This document shows positions 48,126 to 59,681 of a stretch of DNA of 64,000 bases, in pieces. Numbering within the stretch: the stretch's first letter is position 1; each line of letters begins with the position of its first letter. The stretch lies in assembly GCF_963921235.1 (NCBI RefSeq), contig NC_086097.1, forward strand, positions 204,726,001-204,790,000, given 5' to 3'. This stretch comes from Mobula hypostoma (taxonomy: Eukaryota). Below the pieces are notes generated by a model. The model ran no database searches. It worked only from the letters and a program-made list of their open reading frames with translations, and had not been told where the DNA came from. Both the position numbers and the translations under genes were made by a program.

Positions 48126-49430
48126 TATATATCACAGTATTGTACCTCAAGCAGATCTGATTTGTTGGCACTTATTTCGTCGGCAATGCCTTCTTGAATG
48201 AAAATGGCATCACGTAAGGTGGTGTTGAAATCATGGAAGATTTTGTCCTATACTTTAGAGTTACATTTTAAATCCCAGGCAGTTATGGAATCTAAATTAA
48301 TGCAGAGGAGTTTTTTTTAAAGTTGCTTAAAATTATCACTTTGTTGTAAAAATCTGATTTGCATATGTCCTTGTGGGGAAGACATCTATCATCTTTATCC
48401 GTGTATGTTTCCCAGAAGTGACTCTGAACCCACTGATGTTGCTGACTCTCAAGTGTCTAAGAAGGCATTAATTTCAAGGATGGGCAATGAATGCTGGCAT
48501 TACCCATAATGCCAGGGCCCCAAAAAACATAAGTAAATTTGGAGAATGAAGTAGAACTGGAATAAATAGTGTAAAAATGGCTCACACTTCTCAAACTCTT
48601 TCCTTGAACCTTCATTCAGTGATTAGAGTGGCTCGTTTGGATTAGAGAGTTGTAATTTCATTATTTTTGTTTGTAAGAATAGAATGCAAGAACCATTGAT
48701 GTTGGAGGGGCCTCTTCTGTAATATTTGTTGTGTGACAGAATCGAGAGAATTGGAGTTGGTTGATCTGAAAATGGTCACAATCTAATTCTGCTTACCATG
48801 TTGCACGCAAAAATAAATCATCCATAAGAATATACATAGATCGAGTATGACAGTTGTCATTGGTCATTCAAATTATTATCTGTCACACAAAACTTAGGAT
48901 GCCAAAATAATGTTTAGTAGTTTGAAAAGGAAAAACAGATGGAGGAGACAAAAACCAGCATTTTTTTGAAACAGAGGATGACTTAATCTGACTGAATTTG
49001 ACAGTAGTAGACATTTGAGTGGCAGCAGGTGTTAAAAGCATTTTACTAACTTGCATCTCATGAAAATTATCCCAGATGATTCTCAAATCTAGGGGTAGAA
49101 TCTGAGACATGAGCCAATAGAAAAAATATTTTCCTAGCCTCATTTTATTTTCTAACAGCTCATGATCTGATGTCGTATATGTGGCGCTGTAATAACCTTC
49201 AATTGTCAAGAAGAAATAAACCAGCAGGAAACTGCTTTGATATATAAATCCATTCATTGTTGAGGTAATATCCACTTCTATTTAGTGCAGTTTAAGATAG
49301 GTTCTCTTTACACCTAGATTTTCACTTCATATTTTTGAATTTTCTGTTTATTAATGTAATAAGCAGATGGGCTTACTCTGCACTTTGCTTACCGTAAAAC
49401 AGCACTGTGGAAAATATATCAGGTATAATA

Positions 49431-50087
49431 CATTCAGTGGCCACTTTATTAGGGACACCTGTACACCTGCTCATTAATACAAATATCTAATCTAACCAGG
49501 CAATTATGTGGCAGCAACTCAATATATAAAAGTATGAAGACATTGGCAAGAGGTTCAGTTGTTGTTCAGATCAAACATCAGAATGGGGGAAGAAACGTAA
49601 TCTGAGTGGCTTTAAGAGTGAAGTGATTGTTGGTGCCAGACAAACAGGCTTGAGTATCTCAGATACTCTTGATTTCCTGGGATTTTCATGCACAATAGAG
49701 TTTATGTAACAAAAATAGAAAGCATCCAGTGAGTGGTAGGTCTGTGGGTGAAAATGCCTTGTTAATGAGCGAGGTCAGAGAAGAATGGCCTGACAGTTCA
49801 GGCTGACAGGAAGACGACACACACAAAATGCTGGAGGAACTCAGCAGGCCAGGCAACATCTAAGGAAAGAGTACAGTCGATGTTTCAGGCCGAAACCCTT
49901 CAGCAGGACTGACGGCAGTAATTCAAATAACCATGTGTTATAATAGTGATGTGCAGATGGGCATCTCTAAATGCACAACATGTCAAACCTTGAAGTGGAT
50001 GGGCTACAACAACAGAAAACTATGAACATACACTCAATGGTCACTTCATTAGGTACAGGAGATACCTAATAAAGTAGCTACTGAATG
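49431..50087 (+). mobile_element. Non-autonomous Tc1-family element: left end and transposase N-terminus, closed by a 57-bp mini-MITE
   Basis: TA|cattcagtggccactttattagg...cctaataaagtagctactgaatg|TA; MGKKRNLSGFKSEVIVGARQTGLSIS at ~49583; second left-type TIR at 50031. Confidence 0.85.
49874..49911 (-). ncRNA. Minimal hammerhead motif in a Penelope-derived arm (49816-49911); core A6 substituted
   Basis: Minus strand CAGUC-CUGCUGA-AGG(guuucgg)CCU-GAAA-CAUC/GACUG: perfect 5-bp stem I CAGUC/GACUG. Confidence 0.6.
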
Positions 50088-50559
50088 TACATTGTTTTAA
50101 AGCAGCAAGTGAAACTGCCAAGTTAAATTTACTTTTATTGTTAGCAACTTAGTACAGGAACAGGCCTTTGGCCCGCATTGTCTGTACTGAACATGCCAGT
50201 CCAACTAATCTGCCTGTACAAGGTCTGCATCATTATATTTCCTGTCATTATGCCTGTCCAATTGCCTTTAAATGTTGTTATCATACTTAGCAATGCACAC
50301 TGAGGAGAGATTTATAAAATCTTTTTGTATAGATTTCACTGTTTTCCATCATCCTTGTTTAACACAACTGGAAGAGTGCCTTAGATGATAGATACAAGTT
50401 CAGAATAATTTCAGCTTTATAAAGTACTCTATTTCTCAAATTCACTTAGACTGAAAGAGTACGAATAGATAACTCTGACTTCTCTGAGCCCAAGGTGAAT
50501 CTTTCTAAAATCTGTGGAAGTGACATGTGCTGATTTTTTTCCATTAGCTTCCTACATTC

Positions 50560-51082
50560 ATTTAATCTGGAGAGGTCAAGAACAGCTTCCTGGCAGTGAA
50601 ATTGGGCCCAAAGCGTATCGCTAGGTGGCCTGATCTAAGCCTGGAGCAATTCACCATGATGGAGCCCAGGTCCAAGTATGAAGCACGATCTGTTGTTTGG
50701 ACAATTTAAATACTGGCCCAGATAGACAGAGGGCTCCTCTCTCCATGGCACTAAACTATTAGACTGCCCCGGCTACGCTTTGTGTCTGTGAACTTTGCAA
50801 CAACTTGCCCCGCTAATATAATCATCTGAATACCAAGGCTTTGACACTACTCTGGGCTGCTCCAGGGATTTGGATCTAATTTGCCTGTTGTTCTTGCTTA
50901 CTTCTAATGTCTGCGTGCTTTTTTTTCTCTTTCTCTCCAGATTGGGAGTTGGTCTTCATTTTTTAAAATTGGTTTCTTTCAGGTTTCTTGTTTTGTGACT
51001 GCTTGTAAGTAGACAAATCTCAAGGTTGTATAATTTATACATTCTTTGATAATAAAAGTATTTCGAATCTTTGAATCTTGAA
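50560..51082 (+). mobile_element. LINE-derived non-autonomous repeat with (TTGAATC)n tail
   Basis: aatctcaaggttgtata..gataataaaagtatttcgaatctttgaatcttgaa resembles the tails at 12715 and 55380; 5' boundary uncertain. Confidence 0.5.
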
Positions 51083-52483
51083 TATACATTGGGAGGAAGA
51101 GCCTTTCCTTCTACATTGTTCAGCTAACTGATGGGTCAGTAATTCTGCTTAGGATCCGACTGCACAAACTGTCCTTGAAAACAGTTACTTTCTTATCAGG
51201 CAATGCTTTTTTACACTTGGCAAAGTTCCTGCCAAAAGTAATTTGAAAGCGTGAAATCTTTTAAGGACTAGCCTAGTTAGTATTTATAAAATGGCTGAAA
51301 ATGAGTTCCATTACCAAAAAAAACTTGTCAAGACTTCCCCTTTCAGGAAAACTAGCTTGATATTAATTCCCTTAAAAATGATTGTAAAGCTTATAATAAA
51401 CTATTTATTAGATGCTTTGATTTATAGTCATTAATTACTTTGCAAAACAGCTATCTGAGAAATCACTTCCTGTCAGCAATGACATGTTAAGTAGCTGATG
51501 GATGAAGATTAATACCATCATTGTGTGCGTTTAGTGCACTCCAATATTCCATTGTGTATGTGGCTCAAAGTGTCTTCTTCATGGATATTAGAAACTACTT
51601 TTAATTTTAATCTGCTTTTAATTTATTTTATCCTGGCTGCATTTAAAAGAAGTGTGTGGGTGGTTGTTTTTGGTGGTGGGAGATCAGAGGTTTAGTAGCA
51701 ACTGGAGAACTGAGGGTGTGGACGCAGAGGGCTAAGGTGAGTAGTGTGTCTTCAAAGTGGACCTGCAGCAAGGTAGTTTGGAGTAAGGGCTAAATGTAAA
51801 CGGGTAGATGGTTTCATGCACTGAAATCTATGAGCTTGCTATTGGACTGGCAAGTCCATTTTAAATGAAAGGGACTAAGATCTTACATCTATCATAGTGG
51901 TCTGATTCTGTATCAGCAACTTCATCTTCTTTAAGACCATTGACATCACTGGCTGTAAAGATGCCTTTGAGTAAACCTGTCATTTTCATGGAGGATGTGG
52001 TGCTGGTCTCATTAAATTCATTCCGTGAAGGTCTGATCAAACTTCAAGTTTGGGTTTTTGGTTGAATTCCCAGACATGCTGGACAAGTGTTGTCCTGTGT
52101 GAGAATTTCTAAGTCATTTTTTTAAAAGCGTGAACACGGCTGAAACAAACCTCTGCACCTAAAAGGTGAACTTGCATATCCTTTTTGAAAAGATGTATTC
52201 AACAATGGCATTATAACTGAGGGGTAAAAAACAGAAAGAAAGAAATGCATCTACTATATTTAGGAACTTTGACCTCAGAATGTTCCATACAGCCTTACAG
52301 TGAATGAGGTGCTTTGATACATAATCACCATTATAATGGAAGTGTTTGAATGTAATCTACTGTATGTTCAACATTGTGCTTCCAGTGTTTGTAATGCTTT
52401 ATAAATCAGAATAAAAATTCATAGAAATTTAATATCTGCACTGAACGTTTCACAATCTTTCATACTGATTTGGCCCTTTTCAG

Positions 52484-52525
52484 GATTGTACTGCATTAGA
52501 ATTCACAGTGTTGGGAGCTGACTGG
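52484..52525 (+). other. Candidate 42-nt host exon (phase 0: DCTALEFTVLGADW)
   Basis: ctgat branch-like site, ttggcccttttcag acceptor, TGG|gtaagc donor; only frame 0 is open; repeat-poor surroundings; protein not recognised. Confidence 0.5.
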
Positions 52526-53859
52526 GTAAGCTGCAATTTTATGTTTTGTTTTAATTATTTAATAGTGGTAGAAAATGGAATGTATATAACTTCATTATAG
52601 TTATAATGTCAATGCTTAGTCATCAACAATATTTCAGTACAGACATTATTTTTAACCATTGCTCTCATTGTGCTGTTAAATGGTTAACATAATGAGCACC
52701 ATTTCCAAAAATAAAAAAAATCCTCTTCTCTATTGCATTATTGGCAACGTTTCTTTAGCAACAGCATCTACAATATTCGTGTCGGCATCACTCTTATTTA
52801 GAACTGCGATCATGTCTGAAACATTGATGGAAGCTAATTCAATGCAGGAGGTGGTGACATTCCAATTTTGGGTTTGCACATATCGCCTTTGCAAACCTTC
52901 GGGACTATAAATGCGATGGAAGTCTTATCCTCCATCAGATAGGAATTCAGACTAGTTCATTCTGCCCCATATGATATGACATGGAATTCTCTTTCACCAA
53001 AGATCATTAAGAATTAATTTTACTGCTCATACTATTGTCCAAGTTAATTTTAATCTGCTCAGATCTGCTATGATTTTTATTTTAAGCAGGACTGTGAAGG
53101 GAACAATTACACCCTTTAGTCTGGTGTGATGAGAAATATCCTGCAGATTTGTTTTGTTCTATGACATCTTGATAGCTTCTAAAAGGAACCACCTTAAAAG
53201 TAAACATTTAACATAATTTGCTTTTGTCACTTAAAATGCACATCACCATCATAGTGATTATATTGAATATTCTACCTGGTGTGATTGTGTTTGATATTTT
53301 CATAACTACATTTGCCCTTCATTTATCTGCCACTTCAACAACTTAAAAACACTCTCCATTTTAATCATAAAATGAAAATTTCTTCCCTCATAAGACCATG
53401 CATTTCTTTTGGAATGGCTTTTAGTCCTCTGTATTGAAGGGATGGTGATTCATTTCATTTTAATAAATGTTATATTTGAATATTTAGCATTGCTAATAAA
53501 TGGTTCTCTTTGAATTTTTCATATTACTTGTAAATGATATGGTGAAGGCTGCAGTCCGTAATGTGATAATATTGACTGATGAAGAGAAGGGTATATAAAG
53601 CAATGATATCATTCAATGTAATTTGGTTCAATTAAATGAAGAAATGCCAAATATATAACTCTTTTTATGCCCACTGGATGCTGACAAGATAACTCATTGA
53701 AAAGCTAGTTCAATTCAAACTACATGCAAAAAATGCCTCGGCCAATTTTGCTGTCATTTCAGTGTTATGGTAACAATAAGTTAGTGCTATGTGTTAATTG
53801 TCTGAGTCTATCAATTCCATAGTATGATATACGTTTGTAGGTTCCATAAAATCATTCAG

Positions 53860-54347
53860 GGTCTGAACACAAATGCACATATGAGTTGGGCTGATTAGTA
53901 AGTTTGCAGATAACAAAAAGTATTAGTGAATTATGGAAAATAAGGAAAGCTCTCAAAAGATTCAGCAGGATATAAGCCAAATGGACATGTTAGGGAAATG
54001 TCTGATGGAGTTTAATCAGGGTGAGTGTGAGATATTGCACTTTGGTAATACACGAGGAAAGTACTGTATATGGTAAATGGCAGGAACCATAGGAGAACTG
54101 ATGTGAGAAGGATCTTGGGGTGTAGTTCATGTGCAGTCTCCACTGATGTGCAGTTCTGGACACCATATTACAATAAGGATGAAGAGACTTCGGGGAGATT
54201 GCAGAAGAGATTCATCTGGAGCTTGCTTTGATTAGAGAGTATTAAAATTAACTCAAGGAGAAGTTGAACAATCTTGGTTTGTTCTCTCTGCAGTGTTGAA
54301 GGTTGGGAGATGACCTAACAGAAGTATATAAAATTATGAGGGGTATC
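53860..54347 (+). mobile_element. Old CR1 fragment (tail probably resumes ~56545-56650)
   Basis: SKFADNKK, MEFNQGECEILHFG, LTEVYKIMRG remnants. Confidence 0.7.
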
Positions 54348-54974
54348 TGTTATGTTTTGTAGCTCCAAAACATAAAACCAATTGAAAGATAAATACAAGA
54401 TAGCCAGGGATAACTCGTCTACTTTTCTTTTACTTTAGGGAGGCATGCACTTATGACATGGTGGTGTGATATTGTGAGCCATTCACATACTTTTGCATAT
54501 AACTCAAAATTAATTACTTAAAGAATATATTTACAATATTACTCAAATATTACTGAAATATTAAGTATACTACATGCCTCCCTGCTTATACACAGTACAT
54601 TATATACTGTAATACAATTACTATATAGACATGTACAGCATAGTAAATTTTAATTTGTTCTATTCAGGCCTGAAGATTTAATCACTGTGGAGGATTTATT
54701 ACTCTTGTGGGATAACGACTTTCCTGACTGGGTGGGAGTCACTTTGCTTGGTAGGTGAGACTTCTGGCTGTGAAACAATCTCAAGTTCTGTCTCCTTCTT
54801 AGTGGTGATTGTAGGGGTTGAATCTACGACAGCAGGAAGAGGTTCTGACGCTCTTGACACCTTTCTTCTGGACATATTCACAGTGCCTTGCAGCACCTAG
54901 TTCATAGCTTTCTGCCAGAAACCCCCAAAAATAAGCCCATTATGGTGAGAAACACTTTGGATTCTTCTTTCAAC

Positions 54975-55472
54975 TCCATCTGTAGATAGACCTCAGCTAA
55001 CCACATCTATAAGGAGCACTGTCACAGGAAAGCAGTATCCATCATCAATGGGTCATTATCCAGGACATGCTGTCTTCTCACTGCTGCCATCAGGAAGAAG
55101 GTAGGACTCACACTACCAGGTTCAGGAACAGATATTACCCCTCAACCATCAGGTTCTTGAACCAGTAGGAATAACTTCATTCTACTTCACTTGCCCCAAC
55201 AGTGAACTGTTCTCACAACCTATTGATTCAGATTTCAAGGACTCTTCATCTCAATTTCACAATATTTATTGCATATTTATTGTTATTATTTCTTTTTTCT
55301 TTTTGTACAGTACTTGCACATTGGTTGTTTGTCCGCCCTGCCTGGTGTGGTCTTCTGTTGATGCTGCTATGGTTCTTGGACTTACTGAGAATGTCTGCAA
55401 GAAAATGAATTTCAGGGTTATATATGGTGACATATATGTACTTTAGTAATAAATTTACTTTGAACATTGAAC
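54975..55472 (+). mobile_element. Rex/Babar-type LINE 3' fragment nested in the Gypsy relic
   Basis: KAVSII..HAVFSLLPSGRR..TTRFRN; tail aataaatttactttgaacattgaac. Confidence 0.75.
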
Positions 55473-55952
55473 CTTGAAGTCCACTTTTCTGATGTGTTTT
55501 CCTCCAGAAAGGTTTGCAAAGATATCCAGTATCTGGGCAGGGGGTGTTGGTCTACCTTCAGTACTGTGTTCATGATGATCTTAAAATCACCGGTGGTCCT
55601 AACAGACCATTCCTTCTTGGCTACTGGGATCACAGGTATTGCTCATGAGCTCCACTTAACCTTGGAAAGAATTCCTTCAACCTCCATGTGATTTACCTCA
55701 CTGACTACTTTATCACAATGGTATAAATAACTGAACAGGCTTTGTAAAACATGTGGCATTTTCATTTAACACATTTTTTACCCTTGATATGTTTGAGTTT
55801 TCCAATGGCATCCTTGAACACTTGTGGCATCTTACAGTACATTTCTTAATTCGCTTTCAGTTGACTCTATTGCATGCAAATAGTGGATGGATCTCCAATT
55901 AAGTTGTAGTTGTCTCAACCAGTCAGAACCCCACAATGCAGGACCTCATGTT

Positions 55953-56451
55953 TTGAATTGAATTGACTTTATTTCTTACATCCTTCATATGCTTGAGGAG
56001 TAAAAATCTTTACATTATGTCTCCGTCTAAATGTGCAATTTATAGTAACTTGTATGTACAACAGGACAGTCAATATAACATAGAAATACAATGACATCAG
56101 CATGAATTAATCAGTCTGATTGCCTGGTGGAAGAAGCTGTCCTGGAGCCTGTTGGTCCTGGCTTTTATGCTGTGGTACTGTTTCCCCGATGGTAGCAGCT
56201 GAAACAGTTTGTGAGTTGGGGTGACTCAGGTCCACAGTGATCCTTCAGGCCCTTTTTACACACCTGTCTTTGTAAATGTCCTGAAGAGTGGGAAGTTCAC
56301 ATGCGCTGGGCTGTCCGCACCACTAGTCCTGCGATTGAGGGAAGTACAGTTCTTATAGCAGGCAGTGATGCAGCCAGTCAGGATGCTCACAATTGTGCCC
56401 CTGTAGAAAGCTCTTAGGATCTGGGAGCCCATAACAAAATTCTTCAACCAC
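55953..56451 (-). mobile_element. Rex/Babar-type LINE 3' fragment with (CAATT)n tail nested in the Gypsy relic
   Basis: ORF 56256-56453 ILRAFYRGTIVSILTGCITACY. Confidence 0.8.
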
Positions 56452-58144
56452 ATACAAGCCCAATGTTATGAATGTCATTCCCACAGGAGTTATTTCGCTA
56501 GTGTAAATTCTTAGTTGAATATCTGAAGACTTCAGTTCAGTATCTTTAAAATGGTGAAAGAAAGTAGAGAACTAGGCAGAGAGAAGCAGTAGATTGATTT
56601 TGGAGTAGGTTAAAAGGTTGGTATATCATCGTGGGCCGAAAAGCCAACACTGTTCTCTTATCATCCTATCTCCCTATGTCACCACTTGAAGTCCTAGATT
56701 CCTCTGTTCTACAACACTCCCCAGGGTCCTTGCATTCACTGAAATTCCTACCTTTGTTTGACTTCCCAAAATGCAACACAAAAATACAGTGCACAATGCA
56801 ACACTTCTTGCTTGTATTGATTAATCACCATATGCTGTTCCTCAGACACTGCCCTTGTACTTTTTGATTATCTGCACCATTACAATACAACCTATTGAAA
56901 CTATTGACAGATGCGTTGCTGTAAATGGCAGAGGGCTGATTGTATATGAGTAGTCATTGGATAGGGTTCCCTCATATTTGTAGCTGCAGCTGGATCTGTC
57001 AAGATCCAAAAGGATGTATACGCTTCCTTGAGATACAGGTGGAAAACTATGCATAAATGACAATGGACCAATCTGATGTGTGTCCCTGATACTGTGCCAT
57101 TTTCATGCATGATTTTATGGGCAATTCAACTTCCAACTATTAGACGATAAGACCATAAGACAAAGGAGCAGAAGTCGGCCAGTCGGCCCATCGAGTCTGC
57201 TCCGCCATTTTGTCATGATCTGATCCATTCTCCCATTTAGTCCCACTCCCCCGCCTTCTCACCATAACCTTTAATGCCCTGTCTACTCAGATACCTATCA
57301 ATCTCTGCCTTATATACACCCAATGACTTGGCCTCCACTGCCACTCCAACATTGTATTTCATTTGCGACTTCTTTGCCCATTCTTCCAATCTATCCAAGT
57401 CTCTCTACTGTTTCCTCAGCACTACCGGCCCCTCCACCTATCCTCGTATCATTAGCAAACTTAGCCACAAAGCCATCTATTCCATAATCCAAATCGTTGA
57501 TGTACAACGTAAAAAGCAGCGGCCCCAACACGGACCCCTGTGGAACACCACTGGTAACCGGCAGCCAACCAGAATAGGATCCCTTTATTCCCACTCTCTG
57601 TTTCCTGCCAATCAGCCAACACTCTATCCACATATGTAACGTTCCCATAATTCCATGGGTTCTTATCTTGTTAAGTAGCCTTGTGTGGCACCTCGTCAAA
57701 GGCCTTCTGAAAATCCAAATATACAACATCCACTACATCTCCCTTGTCTAGCTGTGATAAAGGCCCGTCACTGATTACGAATGGCACATGGCGTATTCAG
57801 TAAAACACTCATCCCCAGCAGTAATAGTGACTGGGTCTGAACCAGAGCTGCGACATGGAGCTGTCCCATAGAGAGGCAGCAGCAATCTGCACAGGTTAAT
57901 TGGATAATTGAATTAATTAGCTTTTGGTTGGTCTAGGGGGAGGGGCTTAGCAGTTATAAACCTCAGGTTACCAAGGCTTTGGGGTTAGTTTTCTTTTGTG
58001 TTTTGTCTGAGTGTGGCTATATATATTGTTTTGTCTAGTTTTTGTCTTGTTTTGAGGTAAATAAAAGTACCTCAATCTAGTTTTGTGACTCAAGCCATCT
58101 TGTTATTTTTCTTGAACAATTGACCCACAGTTTTTTGTGACATA

Positions 58145-58195
58145 TAGTGGCAGCGGTGGTATTTGAACCCACGCCATCGAAATGACTGGAGGCTT
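58145..58195 (+). other. Extended primer-binding site complementary to the 3' half of tRNA-Leu
   Basis: tag-TGGCAGCGGTGGtATTtGAACCCACGCCATCGAAATGACTGGAG-g-CTT, 2 nt after the LTR end. Confidence 0.88.
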
Positions 58196-58406
58196 CCCGA
58201 CAGCCGGTCCTACAGCCATTCCCAGCAGGGCAGTCTCCCACAGCTGAAGGTGGAAGCCTTAAACTGGAACTTCCAACTCCAGTGCCCAGAAGGGGGGGTC
58301 CACCTGACACCTCTGACTTTGGGCAATCGTTGGTACCTCCCCTAGCAGACTGGGTAATCCTTCTGTTCACCCCCCAGCAGGCCAGTGTAAGGAACCCAAG
58401 ATACCA

Positions 58407-59681
58407 GTGTATCAACAAGGTGAGGACATTGAAAATTACCTTCTATGTTTTGAATGCATGGCAAAAACATGTCAGTGGCCCTGGGAGGAGTGTCCCTGTC
58501 GACTAATTCACCTGCTGACCGGGGAAGTCCTGGAGGTCTACACGGCCATGGATGAAGACAAATCCTACTGTCATACAGACCTGAGGGAGGCGCTGTTGGC
58601 CAAATTTGACCTCTCTCCAGAGACCTACCGTCAATGGTTCTGGGCCACCCCAACACCATCTGGGGAGACACCGATAGAGATGTATCACCGGGGGAAGGGC
58701 CTCTATCATCTCTGGATGTGGCCAGGGCAGAGGAGTAAGGATCAGCTGGAGGAGACCATCATCCTGGAGCAGCTGCTGCAGGTGCTTCCTCCAGACATCA
58801 GGACGTGGGTGAGAGAATATGAACTGGAGGATGGCCTGACGGCGGCGAAGTTGGCCATGCAGTACCTGAACGCCAGAAAGGGGTCTCCATCACGACCAAC
58901 ACGGGTGGATTCCAGGGACTATAACGGCCCCGGGGACAGCTTTATGAAGAACTTTGAAATTAATCGGGGGGTAAATGACAAGGAACACACCGCTCAGTCA
59001 TTTTCTAAGACTTGCTATCATTGTCAGCAGCAGGGACATAAAGCATCTGTTTGCCCCCTGAAGAGACCAAAACTGACTGGACTGTGTTATGTGCCTAGAC
59101 AAGGTGAGCAGAGTGACTGCCAAGACAGGGAGGGACAGTCTAGATCTGTTCCAGTAAAAGTTAATGGTAAACCCCTTACTGCTCTCCTTGGTCCTGGTAG
59201 TTCCATGTTATTCATAAGAAAAAGCTGTGTGCCCTGTGCTATTGACTACAGCCAGCGAACAGAGGTTTTATGTGTACATGGTGACTGTAAGCCGGAGCCA
59301 CAGGTAGAACTTACAGTGGAGGTAGATGGACAAAGGTATCTGATGACAGTGGGGGTGGTGGAGCATTTACCAGTGGAGATGTTTTTGGGGTGGGATTTGC
59401 CTGTTCTGTATGATCTCCTAAGCAGGGGTAAAAGTCTCTGTAATGCTCGTGAACCTGTGTCAGAACCGAAAATGCATGTCTCTTGTTTTGTCATGACACG
59501 GTCCCAGGCAAAAACCCAAGCTCAGTCTGAGATACAACCTTTGCCAGACTTGTGCGGTAGTCTGTGCAATGCTGGAACCAAACGGCCTAGAAAGACACGT
59601 CGGCAACGGCGGTTAGAGAAACATGCTGGTACACCTTTATCTTGTGAAATGCCTGAAAATGCTGTGTCAGATGTTAAGTGA
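58407..59681 (+). pseudogene. Retrotransposon gag-protease ORF remnant (SCAN-like capsid domain, CCHC knuckle, protease lacking the catalytic Asp)
   Basis: LEQLLQVLPPDIRTWVREY..AAKLA (SCAN-like); CYHCQQQGHKASVC; ALLGPGS instead of ALLDTGS. Confidence 0.9.

Larger units (their letters stand above)
54348..56540 (-). mobile_element. Internally deleted Gypsy (Mag/K02A2.6-like) element with 3' LTR (54348-54574) and PPT
   Basis: LTR TG..CA, 227 bp; PPT agcagggaggca (54575-54586, minus); ORF 55418-55633 IPVAKKEWSVRTTGDFKIIMNTVLKVDQHPLPR; pol C-terminus 54699-54896; DIQLRIYT at ~56500. Confidence 0.82.

Noticed and set aside
49392..49403. Minus-strand 12-nt microexon (ttttccacag TGCTGTTTTACG gtaagc)
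   Set aside because: Splice signals look fine but the acceptor context runs into a transposon end ~30 bp away; no independent support.
50615..50632. Second CTCF-like motif tcgctaggtggcc
   Set aside because: Mismatched at the conserved CC and final purine, no upstream motif, inside a repeat.
58145..58195. tRNA-Leu gene on the minus strand
   Set aside because: Only the 3' half is present (no D arm or A box) and it sits at the PBS position of an LTR element.
58407..59681. Host SCAN zinc-finger gene
   Set aside because: Flanked by LTR, PBS and integrase; no C2H2 fingers; downstream stops and frameshifts.
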